Shown: positions 37,123 through 47,745 of the stretch, piece after piece
Position numbering within the stretch: the first letter of the stretch is position 1
Layout: every line of letters starts with the position of its first letter
From: a virus
Lineage: Duplodnaviria > Caudoviricetes
DNA: 53,394 bases
Virus record (IMG/VR): IMGVR_UViG_3300031519_003499
Location: 1-53,394 of that record
Strand: one strand, 5' to 3'
Translations under genes and position numbers: made by a program
Notes under the pieces: generated by a model
Database searches by the model: none
Seen by the model: only the letters and a program-made list of their open reading frames with translations
What the model was told of the DNA's origin: nothing

Positions 37123-40100
37123 TTACAATCTACCGACTGCTACTTCGATAATGCCTTTATTATCATCTGCTTTATGTGTTAATGACTTGCCAATTACAGA
37201 TCCTGTTTTTGGATCATTATCAACAATTGCATAACCTGGCATTGCACTTGCAACTAACATGTCACCTTTGCGTACTGCGCCAAGCACCTTACAAGGTACA
37301 CGCCCTTGTAGTGCTAATTCTACAACATGTTCACCAACACATTCTTTGTTCATTGAGTATGCTGGATTTGTTGAAACAACGCCAGCCATTCTGCGATCAC
37401 CTTTAGTATTAGTAACTGTTACTTCTTCATCGCCACCAAATACTAATACTGTGCCTGGTTCATAACTCATGTCTGCTGCATAACGTTCTGCCAAATCCGC
37501 ATATGTAGCGTCCATTCTAGAACCTGAACTTAAACTCCAGTCTCCGGTAATAGTACCTGCTGTGCTAGATGCACCTGTTGTTAGTGCTGATGTTGTTACA
37601 GTAGTTCCGTAAACATTGTTCCAACGTGTTGCATTAACGCCTAGTGTGCCAGTACCATTTGGAATGATCGATGTATTAACTTTACCATTAATAGACACAG
37701 TATCATTACCATTGCTACCTAGTGTAGTATCACCATCAACTTGTAAGTTACCTGTAATACTTGCACTTGATAATGCTGCTGCTGCAAAGTTTACATTGCC
37801 AACTGACCCACTGACAACTTCACCACTGATAGCTGCATCAGGAATAAACTTAAACTGACTTGCACTATCGTCATAACCAAAGAAGCCTAGTTTTGCTGCT
37901 GAGCCGTTGTGCCAACGATATAGTATACCTCTATCTTTATTATCATCTGTCCCTGGTGCCGAATCACCACCTAGTGTAAAGATCGGATCATCAATTGTTA
38001 CGACAGTTGAATTAACTGTAGTTGTTGTTCCGTCAACTGTAAGGTTTCCTGCAACTACTAAATTGTCATCAATCTTAACACCATAGTTACCTAGCGTTCC
38101 ACTGTCAGCTGTGTCCTGTGATCTAATTACTAGTGTGTTTGCACTTGCACTTGTAATTAAGTCTGAACTTAAACGTAAGTCTCCTGCATCAACGCTTACT
38201 GCGTCAACTTTACCGTCAGCGCCTGTTATATTAACAGTTACATTGCTGCCGTTAGTTGCCTGTAACGTAGTACCTGTTAATGTGTTAATATTATACAAGT
38301 TACCATCGTTTGCACTAAGCACTACGTTATTGTCAAAGTCACGCACATCTAGTCTATGCGGATCGGCAACAGTGCCGTCGCCGCCTCTTTCCACAACAGT
38401 CTGACTAGAAATTCTATATGCAACTGCATTTACACGACCGCTACTATCAGTTTTAACAATGTGTGCTGTAGCTGCTGCCTGTCCGTCATCAATAATTTCA
38501 ATTCCGTAAGTTGCATCAGCTGGCTCACCTTTAACAAGACCTGCATCATTTGAAGCTGCTGTGTGAGCTGTTCTTGAAACAAGACCTAGTGTTGTTCCAC
38601 CCACATCTGAGTGACGAAGACCGCCACCTTGATCTACTACAGTACCAAATGTTATCGGAAGCACTGCACCGTCTGTTGTCGAAGTTCCACTTCTCCCTAA
38701 TACTGTATCAGTTGGAACCCATTGCATATGACTTGGCGCTAGACCGTCAGTAGTACTAGTAGCAGTTTTGTATTGTACCCAGCCACGAACATCAACATCA
38801 AAGTGAACTGAACTATAAATGCTCAGTCCCAACTGCGCTTGTACTTGACGACTTGTACCAGTTGGAGTTGCTGCTATTGTTTGTCCAATATTCATTAACA
38901 ATTTACTTTGTAGAATATCAGCATCTGTGTTTACATCAGAGTTTAAAATAACGTTGTCAGTAATTTCCCAAATGCTTGTACCACCGAAGTAAATTTCAAG
39001 TACTGGCATTGCTGCTGCTGGATTTGAAATTGATACTGGAGTTACTAGTACATTGTCGAATGGGAACGGTGGTTGGTCATATGCTCCTTCAAAGCCCGAT
39101 ACAATACTTACTGCCAATGCACTTCCGTTTACATCAACTTGATCAATTTGTATACGAGTTGGCGGATATATATTTCCTTCTGGATCGTTAGTACGAACAC
39201 CGCCGCTTATTTCTAATATATCTCCAACATTTAAATCTGCACCTGAATTACCTAATTTAGTGTCAATAGTTCTTGCTGTAAATTTAAACGAGTTGAATAC
39301 ATCACCTGTTTGGTTAGTACCGAACGCAATCGGAAATGCTTCTTCCCCAGCAAACAAGTTTACTTGTGCTGTTGCTACACTAGTGTCTGGATTTGTAATT
39401 GTTATGCTATCACCAGGCTGTGGCAATAATAGTACATTTCCTGGTAAGAATCTAATACGCGGATTTGAACCTGCAACATCTAACAATTGTGCAAATACAC
39501 CAGTTGCTCCACTTGGACTAAATGCTATAGTTGCACCTGCAATCGGACTGCCTGATAAGTAGAATGTGTCAATTGGTACTTCGTATATACCACTAAACGT
39601 AAGCGTGTCGCCGTCTGCTGATGTTAATGACTCAACATCATACAAGTTACTTAATTGTTGTGCAACACGTACTTTACCATCAACGTAAGTCTTAGTTGTA
39701 GCATCTTGATCGTTAATCGGATTTCGTAAATTAATAACAGTAAACGAATCAGTAAAGTTAACATCACCTTCTAGTGGTGTTGAACCGTTTAATGAAACGT
39801 AACCTGGTCCAATTCTTTGATTAGATACAATACGTCCTGATCCTGAGCCTAGGTCACCGTGTACGATTCCTAAACGCTTATCAATATACTGCCTTGCTGC
39901 AAATTCTGTTGGAACTGCATCTGGTGCGTTGTCTGTAAACTCTTCGTCAACGGAGAATTCTTTAACTTCAACACCTCTACTAAACTGCAATCCGTTAACG
40001 TTGGATAGTGCAAGTCTAGCGTTAAATGTAATTTCACCAGTTCCTTGATCGATCTTAAAGAACTCACCAACACGGAAGTTACCATCTTGGTCTGTACTTG

Positions 40101-43100
40101 TGTAGAATGCGCGACCACCTTCTGACTCGTCTGTTTCTCTAGTAAACGATGGTTGCTTTGGTTCACCGTAAATAGCATTTGGATAGTTAGTAGTGTTATA
40201 AGAACCTGTACCAACGTCTGCAAAATCGTGGTTTGTAGCACGTAGGTTTGAAATGCGTTTTGTAATCTTAGCACGTTCACCTAAAGCTAGGCCTGCAACT
40301 AATGTTGTACGCTCGTCTACATCTGCACTTATTCTATGAACAGGTAAGTTAATTCCTGTAGTTGGGGATGTAGTTAGATCGTTATCATAATCATTATTGT
40401 TAATAACAACATATGGGAAGTTAGTAACATCTGAACTATCTTCGCCTGTACCAGTATAATAGTTGTTAACTTTATGCAGTTCGCCGTTCCAGGCAAATAC
40501 CATTAGTCCACGCTTTAGACGATCAATATCTCTAGTACTTAATGTTTCAGCTTGAATAGCAATCTTAACATCGCCTGCTTTTGCACCGTAAGTACGAGTG
40601 TTAATTATTAGATCAGTTGTTAGTGCATTTGTGTTATCTACTTGAAGCTTGATAAAGTTAAACGAACTTTGTAGAGTAATTTGCGCACTGCTTGATCCAA
40701 CTGCGCTTCCTAGTGAATCATTAGATGCATAGTCAATAGTATTATAACCAACATCAGTTTCATCGAAGCTTAGTGCGTTTGCCTTTTTAACTGGGCGCGG
40801 TGATGCAACATCATTGAATACAAAGTTTCTAATAGATCTAATAGTAATAACTTCGTCATTAGTAAGCGAGTGTGCAAGTCCAAATTGTTCTGCACCCTCT
40901 GTTCCTGTGCCGCCGAAGTTAATTTTTAGAATTGCAGCATTTCTAACTGCGCCAACTGCCGAGTTACCAGTAGCAGCAATACTATTAATTTCATAATACT
41001 TTACATCTCTTACAAATGTAATGTCAAATGTAGCTGCACCGGTATTACATGCTAGTCCTGTTATTGCACTAGTGTCATTTACCCATGTTCCGATACTAGT
41101 TGCGTTACCACTGATTATTGCAGCAGTTACAACTTCGCCACTTCCGCCAACTGCTGTAATTTGCACTTGTACTGGAGTAGTAGTATTTGAACCACCTGGT
41201 AATGTAATAGTAACAACTTGTCCTGCTGTATACCCTGTGCCTGCTGCATTAATAGTAACAAGTCTAGGTATAAGTGCTTGAGAGTGTCTTACTTCAATAA
41301 TCGAATACTGCGGAGGTACTTCAGCATAATCATATATGTACATTGCTTGTTCACCACTTGCACTAACTTGTGCAGTTTTTGCAACCTGGATCATATCATC
41401 ACGCAGTCTTACACCATCTGGAATTTCGTCTGGATCAACTCCTGTTGAAACTAGGCCCCAGTCACCGTAAATACTCGAACCGTTAAGTGAACGTATTTCG
41501 CCACCTTTGTCAGTCATGTATGATCTGTGAGCATAGTAAGTAAACACAGATACAAGTTCACAAATTGCATTGTTTGTTACATAAACACCATATGCTAAGT
41601 CGTTAACTTGTGTAAAGTCGTTTGCTAGGATGGATCTGTTACCAGCTGTTTCTAAATTAATTTGTGCAGCAACATTAGTATCTGCTGCTGTTCTGTCGCC
41701 GACTATACTATAAGACGCTTCAAATGGTGCTTGGTCTTCACCATTGGAAATAATATCAACAATAATATCAATGTTAGCATCCACAAGAGTATATGCGCCA
41801 GCTTCTTGTTGTATTGATCCATCTAATGTCTGTGTTGCTAATGAATACTTTGTACCAAATCCTGGATCACCTACTGTATTTTGTGCAAGTACCCAGTTTG
41901 CAAGTGTACTAATATAATTAATGCCTGCAACAGTTTCTGTTAACTGAGTTGTAATTGCTATTTGCGCACTTACATTAGTGTAGTAAGATAGGCCTGCTTC
42001 AACTGACTTTTGATAACTCTCATTATCGAGGTCTTCGATCAATGCATCAACAATATATCCAGTATCACGTCTACATAATGATGCACTATATACTAGTGAC
42101 GGATATGTAGCATTAATAAATCCAATTACTTCGTCTTGGATAAATTCTTTATTAAGTGTTAGTAATGATTTTGCATTTGGATTTTGATCATTAGCTATTC
42201 CTTGTACAATTCCAGCATTAACAAACGGAGTGTTTATATCAAAAACAAGTGTACAATCACCAGTTACACTGTTTTGGTTAATGATATCGTTAATTTGATA
42301 ACGCTTACCATTTTTAACAATAATAGTCGGCAATGAAGGGAAACGTTTAAATGTTCCGCCTCTAACGTCACGTATTCTTGCAGCAACATTAGTTGAAGTG
42401 TTACCAACGCCTTGTGGGTTGCCTGCACCTGCATCATACAAGTAACCTTCTAGATTACTTACTTTACCGTCAATAAGTATGCCGCCAGCAAATCTAACAG
42501 TATCGCCTAAAGAGCGAGTAAACGAGGCAGCTGTTTGTGTATATGGTGATTTAGTTTGTATCTGTCCAGCTGGATCAAGAACTTCCATAAATCCACCGTG
42601 ATCTTGACAAGTGAATCCACTAATAAATGTTGCGTTGTTCATTAACAACACATCCATGTCTCTGTTGTTTAGCGCAGTACTATTAATATTTTCTGGGTCT
42701 GTTAGATAATGATAACCAAATTCAACAGCATCAATAATACTAATATATGTACTCAAGTCAGTTACTACTTCACTGTCTCCTGCGTAGTCAGTGTAAGCTC
42801 TAACATTATAATCTGGTCCGATTATAAATTCACCTTGACAGTTTGATAGTGCAAACGAATTAGATGTATCAGATGTTATAACAACACCTCTTGCTCCAGT
42901 TAAGTCTTGTATTATAACTTGCCCGGCTGTTAGTGTTTCAACTGTATTAAAAGTTATGTATTGTTTCTTTGCACCAGCATTGCCGTCGTATGCTCTGTCT
43001 CTACGGAAATATGTTTTTGCCCAAGGTGATTTTGAAATACTATCTTTAGGACGTAGAATAACACGTCTAAAGTGATCGCCACTAACAGATACGTTTTCTG

Positions 43101-45282
43101 CCATTCTAATCGGATACTCTTCTTCGTATTGTCCTGATTCAATTAGTAGTGTAATTTGTATGTCTTTAACTGCGTTACCAAACTCAACTTCGTCTGCTGA
43201 TGTAAAGTTTACTTCTGGTGTCAACAATTCATATCTAATAATATCACTTAGTGCAGGTGAACTACGCTGTGTGTAGTTTAAGATTTTACCACGTACATCT
43301 CTTCCAGTAATTAATCTAGTTGTAATAATTTTTCCTGGGATGATATTGTTATTGTTGAAATCTGCGTCATCAGTATTGTCGCCAGCTTGATCGATACCAG
43401 TGCCTTTGTGATCTAGTTGTATGTCAAACACATTAGGTTGACCAACAACTGCCTGTGGCGGTATAACTACCTTAGCAGAATAATCTGATCCGTTATATGT
43501 AATAACTTGACGATAGGGTCCAGTCATTGCTTTAATACCTGGACGTGCTGTTGTATCAAACGGAATAACAAAGTCACGTGCAGGATCCATGTCAAAGCGA
43601 TCAAAGTCTTCTAGTGTAACACTTGCATCGCCGTAAATAATACGTTCTGCATAACGTGCTGCATGTCCTACAGTTTTAAATGCGTTAGCAAATGATCGAC
43701 CAACACTGTCGGCCGGCACGTTGATCATATTATCATCGCCGCTATTCCAGCTAACAAATAAGTTCACTTTAGAATTTGGTGCAGTTTGATCAACATAATA
43801 CTTTGTTGCTGCTAATAAATCTTGTGCATAAACGTCTGTCGCGTATGTATTTAGAGCGCCAGCTACACTAGCTGTAATTGTATCTAATGGACTCATACTC
43901 CAAACAGCTTGATTGTCACCAGTTAGCTCTACTGTTTGACTGTTAGTCACTGGAAGTTTAACTACTCCGATTGCACCAGTATTAAGTTGGATAAGATTCT
44001 CTCCAGCTGCTACTGTTATAGGGTCGTTAAGTACAAGAGTATATCCGTTCGGAGCACCGTCGCCAAATAACTCACCAGGGTGATCAGCTAATTGTAACTG
44101 ACCTGTCATTGAGTCTCCGGATCTAAGTAATGCACCTTGACGCTGAACAGCTTCATCTGCATTATATAATCCTCTTAAAGATTTATCATATTCTGCATCT
44201 TGTAAGTAAATAGTTCCTACAGCGTTAAATCCGTTTACATAATTAGATTGTCCTTTTTTAGCAGCTGATCTTGTTGTGTAAAGAACTACGTCATCTTCTT
44301 CAAGAAACACTTCTTCAGCACTAGAGTTATATACTGTTAGTAAACTTACTGCGATATTAACCCAAGTTGCGCCGCCATCAGATGATGATTCAAGTGTGCC
44401 TGCACTTATACTAAAGTCTCCAGCAATATCTCTAAGATACACTGATGCGCTGTTTGTAACTGTTTGTGCTACTACACCGGTTGCCCCGCTTGCTGCCTGA
44501 CGTATTTGTAATCCTCTAGCAAGTGTAACTACACTAGTTACAGAAAATTCAAATGCTGTATAACGAGGAACTCTCATATAATACGTTAGTGCATTATTGT
44601 AGCCTTCTGCTGAACCTATAAGCTTAACTGCTTTACCATCTGTGGCTGTAGTAAATCCATGATCAGTAATATGTATTACGCCGGCTGCTAGATTAGAAAT
44701 TGTATAAATTGGTGCTACTGTAGGCTGATCTCTTAAACCTAGTTCGCCTACCATTTTTGCTTGACCTTGTTCAATGTAGGAAGAGTCAGCTAATCCTTTG
44801 TCAATAACAATGTCCGCAGGAGTATATGTAGTGTTGTATAAAGCGTTAACACGATTTAGCATACGTTCGCTAGTATCTATACCAACAATGCCGTTCTCAA
44901 AACCTTGTCCGCTCCTACCGTGTAGTGTGCCGCCTAGTTCTGGAGTATTATCAAGTACAATAGTAGCAGTAGTGTTTTCAATAAGAATAGATCCTAGTTC
45001 AGCATCAAAGTTTACGTTAATGCCTGAGCCAGCTCTTCCTGCTAGTGTTTTAAACTGTAGTACTTCAGTTCCTGCTACAGAAGTAACAACTGGAACTTTG
45101 TTTAATTGTCCAGCCATTGACTCTGGAGTATCAGCTAGGTCAACAAACCCAATAGCGCCGCCTTGTCCTAAGAATCCATAAATCTCGTTAAAGTTTTGGT
45201 TAACTTTGTTAAATGATTCACGTAGGCTGTCACCTGTTCCGTCATTACCTTCAACACCAATATTAATCTCACGTCTTGCCAT
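37123..45282 (-). CDS. Giant (2719 aa) tail/baseplate fibre protein with C-terminal intramolecular chaperone/autocleavage-like domain
   Basis: INIGVEGNDGTGDSLRESFNKVNQNF N-terminus; C-terminal YADLAERY...GVVSTNPA...GRVPCKV. Confidence 0.8.
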   Translation of the reverse strand: MARREINIGVEGNDGTGDSLRESFNKVNQNFNEIYGFLGQGGAIGFVDLADTPESMAGQLNKVPVVTSVAGTEVLQFKTLAGRAGSGINVNFDAELGSILIENTTATIVLDNTPELGGTLHGRSGQGFENGIVGIDTSERMLNRVNALYNTTYTPADIVIDKGLADSSYIEQGQAKMVGELGLRDQPTVAPIYTISNLAAGVIHITDHGFTTATDGKAVKLIGSAEGYNNALTYYMRVPRYTAFEFSVTSVVTLARGLQIRQAASGATGVVAQTVTNSASVYLRDIAGDFSISAGTLESSSDGGATWVNIAVSLLTVYNSSAEEVFLEEDDVVLYTTRSAAKKGQSNYVNGFNAVGTIYLQDAEYDKSLRGLYNADEAVQRQGALLRSGDSMTGQLQLADHPGELFGDGAPNGYTLVLNDPITVAAGENLIQLNTGAIGVVKLPVTNSQTVELTGDNQAVWSMSPLDTITASVAGALNTYATDVYAQDLLAATKYYVDQTAPNSKVNLFVSWNSGDDNMINVPADSVGRSFANAFKTVGHAARYAERIIYGDASVTLEDFDRFDMDPARDFVIPFDTTARPGIKAMTGPYRQVITYNGSDYSAKVVIPPQAVVGQPNVFDIQLDHKGTGIDQAGDNTDDADFNNNNIIPGKIITTRLITGRDVRGKILNYTQRSSPALSDIIRYELLTPEVNFTSADEVEFGNAVKDIQITLLIESGQYEEEYPIRMAENVSVSGDHFRRVILRPKDSISKSPWAKTYFRRDRAYDGNAGAKKQYITFNTVETLTAGQVIIQDLTGARGVVITSDTSNSFALSNCQGEFIIGPDYNVRAYTDYAGDSEVVTDLSTYISIIDAVEFGYHYLTDPENINSTALNNRDMDVLLMNNATFISGFTCQDHGGFMEVLDPAGQIQTKSPYTQTAASFTRSLGDTVRFAGGILIDGKVSNLEGYLYDAGAGNPQGVGNTSTNVAARIRDVRGGTFKRFPSLPTIIVKNGKRYQINDIINQNSVTGDCTLVFDINTPFVNAGIVQGIANDQNPNAKSLLTLNKEFIQDEVIGFINATYPSLVYSASLCRRDTGYIVDALIEDLDNESYQKSVEAGLSYYTNVSAQIAITTQLTETVAGINYISTLANWVLAQNTVGDPGFGTKYSLATQTLDGSIQQEAGAYTLVDANIDIIVDIISNGEDQAPFEASYSIVGDRTAADTNVAAQINLETAGNRSILANDFTQVNDLAYGVYVTNNAICELVSVFTYYAHRSYMTDKGGEIRSLNGSSIYGDWGLVSTGVDPDEIPDGVRLRDDMIQVAKTAQVSASGEQAMYIYDYAEVPPQYSIIEVRHSQALIPRLVTINAAGTGYTAGQVVTITLPGGSNTTTPVQVQITAVGGSGEVVTAAIISGNATSIGTWVNDTSAITGLACNTGAATFDITFVRDVKYYEINSIAATGNSAVGAVRNAAILKINFGGTGTEGAEQFGLAHSLTNDEVITIRSIRNFVFNDVASPRPVKKANALSFDETDVGYNTIDYASNDSLGSAVGSSSAQITLQSSFNFIKLQVDNTNALTTDLIINTRTYGAKAGDVKIAIQAETLSTRDIDRLKRGLMVFAWNGELHKVNNYYTGTGEDSSDVTNFPYVVINNNDYDNDLTTSPTTGINLPVHRISADVDERTTLVAGLALGERAKITKRISNLRATNHDFADVGTGSYNTTNYPNAIYGEPKQPSFTRETDESEGGRAFYTSTDQDGNFRVGEFFKIDQGTGEITFNARLALSNVNGLQFSRGVEVKEFSVDEEFTDNAPDAVPTEFAARQYIDKRLGIVHGDLGSGSGRIVSNQRIGPGYVSLNGSTPLEGDVNFTDSFTVINLRNPINDQDATTKTYVDGKVRVAQQLSNLYDVESLTSADGDTLTFSGIYEVPIDTFYLSGSPIAGATIAFSPSGATGVFAQLLDVAGSNPRIRFLPGNVLLLPQPGDSITITNPDTSVATAQVNLFAGEEAFPIAFGTNQTGDVFNSFKFTARTIDTKLGNSGADLNVGDILEISGGVRTNDPEGNIYPPTRIQIDQVDVNGSALAVSIVSGFEGAYDQPPFPFDNVLVTPVSISNPAAAMPVLEIYFGGTSIWEITDNVILNSDVNTDADILQSKLLMNIGQTIAATPTGTSRQVQAQLGLSIYSSVHFDVDVRGWVQYKTATSTTDGLAPSHMQWVPTDTVLGRSGTSTTDGAVLPITFGTVVDQGGGLRHSDVGGTTLGLVSRTAHTAASNDAGLVKGEPADATYGIEIIDDGQAAATAHIVKTDSSGRVNAVAYRISSQTVVERGGDGTVADPHRLDVRDFDNNVVLSANDGNLYNINTLTGTTLQATNGSNVTVNITGADGKVDAVSVDAGDLRLSSDLITSASANTLVIRSQDTADSGTLGNYGVKIDDNLVVAGNLTVDGTTTTVNSTVVTIDDPIFTLGGDSAPGTDDNKDRGILYRWHNGSAAKLGFFGYDDSASQFKFIPDAAISGEVVSGSVGNVNFAAAALSSASITGNLQVDGDTTLGSNGNDTVSINGKVNTSIIPNGTGTLGVNATRWNNVYGTTVTTSALTTGASSTAGTITGDWSLSSGSRMDATYADLAERYAADMSYEPGTVLVFGGDEEVTVTNTKGDRRMAGVVSTNPAYSMNKECVGEHVVELALQGRVPCKVLGAVRKGDMLVASAMPGYAIVDNDPKTGSVIGKSLTHKADDNKGIIEVAVGRL

Positions 45283-45298
45283 CTTATTTTTTGCTCCG

Positions 45299-45676
45299 TT
45301 AAATAGCTGAACTTGCTAGATCAGGTATTCCTGCTAGCTTGTCCATATCAAAGTTTACACTTACACCACAACCACATGATGATTGTGCGTTAGGATTTCT
45401 AATTTCAAAGTTTGAACCTACAATAGTTTTTACATAGTCTACTTCTGTTCCAATTAAGAACATTATACTAGCTGCACTAATTGAAAAGTTACCCGTATCG
45501 CATTGGATTAATTCGTCACCTGCTTCTAGTTCATCTTCTTGAGCAGTTCCCCAATCGTATTCAAACCCTGCGCATCCACCGCCCTTGATATTAAGAGTAA
45601 CAGCATAGCAGTCGTTTTCTTGACATATAGTGCTAATTTGTTGATTAGCTGCTGGAGTTAGTGTACAAATTGTCAT
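45299..45676 (-). CDS. iscA: A-type Fe-S carrier (IscA/SufA/HesB)
   Basis: GGGCAGFEY and NPNAQSSCGCGVS; TAAATA at 45696-45701. Confidence 0.93.
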   Translation of the reverse strand: MTICTLTPAANQQISTICQENDCYAVTLNIKGGGCAGFEYDWGTAQEDELEAGDELIQCDTGNFSISAASIMFLIGTEVDYVKTIVGSNFEIRNPNAQSSCGCGVSVNFDMDKLAGIPDLASSAI

Positions 45677-45736
45677 ATTAATTCCTCTGTGATAGTATTT
45701 ATTAAAAGTTTTTGTAATCTTAATGTAAATATAGTT

Positions 45737-46024
45737 ATGTATTTAAATGAGTTTACAGAACGAAACCGGTATGTACGTAAATCAAAAACTGGTGCTAAAC
45801 ACACCTATTATCGCGATAAATCTTATATTTTAATGAGATGCGATTGTTGCTTTTCTGAATTTACTAGACCCAAGGGCAGTATGGATCCAAAGCGCCTAAG
45901 CAATTCCTACTTTCACGTATGTAAGAACTGTGATAGTAAGAAATTTGCACAGCAAAAAGGCGTAGAACGCCGTACTGTATGGAATATGAAAGCTTCTTCT
46001 TTGGTAGATATTAGTTTACTTTGA
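45737..46024 (+). CDS. Basic hypothetical protein with two Cys pairs (putative zinc-binding)
   Basis: CDCC and CKNC; TAAATA-N5-ATG at 45726-45739 supports the 45737 start. Confidence 0.7.
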   Translation: MYLNEFTERNRYVRKSKTGAKHTYYRDKSYILMRCDCCFSEFTRPKGSMDPKRLSNSYFHVCKNCDSKKFAQQKGVERRTVWNMKASSLVDISLL

Positions 46025-46297
46025 ATGTAAATTTGCCTGAAGTGTTGTTATTGAAGAGTCTTGTCTTGTAAGCTTGCGTTCTAGAACAGTAATTGCCGAA
46101 CGCATTTTTCTCTGCTGTTCTTCCAAACTACGAACATATTCAATTGTGGGGATTTCTTTACTAGATCCATCTTCAGCTACCATAGTAAATCGATCAACGC
46201 CTTGCGCTCTTAATCCGCCAGTTACACGATTAGGGTTCTTGTCGCTTGCAGTTGTAGGCGCTGTCTTACGCCCGTACATTTTGTTTAAATAATTCAT
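46016..46297 (-). CDS. Hypothetical coiled-coil protein
   Basis: 93 aa; TAAATA at 46303-46308, 5 nt before ATG. Confidence 0.7.
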   Translation of the reverse strand: MNYLNKMYGRKTAPTTASDKNPNRVTGGLRAQGVDRFTMVAEDGSSKEIPTIEYVRSLEEQQRKMRSAITVLERKLTRQDSSITTLQANLHSK

Positions 46298-46305
46298 ACT
46301 AATAT

Positions 46306-46587
46306 TTATTCTTCTGCGTTGGATACTAGTGTTAGGTGCGACTTCTTAGGTGCAGGTTCTTCATCTTCTGATAGAACAACTTGCACAACTGTTTGACCTT
46401 TGTCGTTTACAGATTCTTGTACGTGTATTTCTTTATATGTGATACCCATAATATCAGCAAGGTCTGTCATAACATCTTGCATTTCATCACGGACTTCATC
46501 GTCTACTTGTAGATCTATCATAGCTTGAGCCCAGGTCATTATTTCTCCTAGTAGATCCTTTGTGTCTTCGTCTATATCATATTTCAT
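46306..46587 (-). CDS. Acidic hypothetical protein
   Basis: 93 aa ORF overlapping the uvsE stop. Confidence 0.65.
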   Translation of the reverse strand: MKYDIDEDTKDLLGEIMTWAQAMIDLQVDDEVRDEMQDVMTDLADIMGITYKEIHVQESVNDKGQTVVQVVLSEDEEPAPKKSHLTLVSNAEE

Positions 46588-47602
46588 TGCTATATTCCCA
46601 TAATTTAATACTTGCTAAATTCTTAGCCTTCGCCTCGCACATGATATCTGTGTAAGGCAAGAAACTTAGTGCATAGTCATTAACAGCGTTGTTAGGATAG
46701 TAATCACTGTGCGCACGTAGTTTGCCTTTCTTGTAGCCTGCTTCTAGTAGTGCAGGAAAGTCTGGTAGCGTGTCATGTGCATAACCTTCGGGCAATTGTT
46801 CTGTTCTGCTATACGAATAATGTATTGCAGGACGAACGCCGCGCCAGCTATCTACTATGCGCTTATATCTATCGTCGGTGGGCTGTAAGTATGAACCTTC
46901 TCGGCACCAGTGATGGTGTACGTCGAGGACAAGTGCAAGGTCATCTGCAAGTTCGAGACTGTCTGCGATGCCCCATTTGTTTTCGTCGTTCTCGATTGTG
47001 ATGGTGTTTCTCGCCTCTGTCGATAACCGCTTGAGGGCGGCTTTGATACCGGCTGGACCGTTTCTGCCTGAGATGTGAACGTTGCATTTAAAGTCTTGGA
47101 ATTGTCTGCCGTAACCCATATAGCGGATGACATCGGTGTGATATTCAAATTCTTCTATGCTCCTATCTACAATATCCGGATTATCACTGGCCAGTACAGT
47201 AAATTGCCCCGGATGCATGGATAACCTGACATCAAGTAGTCTTGCTGTGTCTCCGACTTTTGCAAGCTCTCGTTCGCAGTATGCGACCACATCTGGTTGC
47301 TGCCAATAATAAGCCCAATCACGCTGAGTATAAACAGGTAATACATCACTGCCCAGTCGTACCATTCTAAGTTCTGGAGGAAGACTTCCAACATATTCAA
47401 TCAACTTTTTGTATGCGGCAATGTTATGGACCATAATGTCCCACAAGCGTTGCTCGGCTACATCAACAGTTTGTCTGTTAAGCCATTGTACTGTTGTGCT
47501 ACGAGTATTTAGCGGACGTTGAATTTCTTCAAGCACCTTCTTCTTCTGTGTTTGATCTGGGTGCATGTACTTACATGCAAAGCCTATACGTTGTGTTACC
47601 AT
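46577..47602 (-). CDS. uvsE: UV damage endonuclease UvsE/UVDE
   Basis: RIGFAC, RLSMHPGQF, IENDE, LDVHHH, AHSD, MCEAKAK. Confidence 0.92.
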   Translation of the reverse strand: MVTQRIGFACKYMHPDQTQKKKVLEEIQRPLNTRSTTVQWLNRQTVDVAEQRLWDIMVHNIAAYKKLIEYVGSLPPELRMVRLGSDVLPVYTQRDWAYYWQQPDVVAYCERELAKVGDTARLLDVRLSMHPGQFTVLASDNPDIVDRSIEEFEYHTDVIRYMGYGRQFQDFKCNVHISGRNGPAGIKAALKRLSTEARNTITIENDENKWGIADSLELADDLALVLDVHHHWCREGSYLQPTDDRYKRIVDSWRGVRPAIHYSYSRTEQLPEGYAHDTLPDFPALLEAGYKKGKLRAHSDYYPNNAVNDYALSFLPYTDIMCEAKAKNLASIKLWEYSNEI

Positions 47603-47745
47603 TTTCTATAACTCCCGTCGAGTTCGTGTGTGCCTGAATTGTGTATTGCCCATGCTATACAGTTGTACCATGCATAGTGCGGATGTTGCCTTAGTTGTTT
47701 GTACCATTGTTTAAATAGTATAACACGTTTTTTAAAGTTTGTCAA
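47596..47745 (-). CDS. Possible small hypothetical protein (start uncertain)
   Basis: Frame fills the gap; TTG overlaps the upstream TGA; its stop overlaps the uvsE start region. Confidence 0.4.
   Translation of the reverse strand: MTNFKKRVILFKQWYKQLRQHPHYAWYNCIAWAIHNSGTHELDGSYRKW
47717..47745 (-). promoter_or_regulatory. sigma70-type promoter upstream of uvsE
   Basis: TTGACA-17 nt-TATACT with TGn extension. Confidence 0.75.

Noticed and set aside
47605-47706. Alternative 33-aa ORF (MVQTTKATS...) just after the 47717-47745 promoter
   Set aside because: No motif or coupling evidence; cannot be preferred over the overlapping frame without homologues
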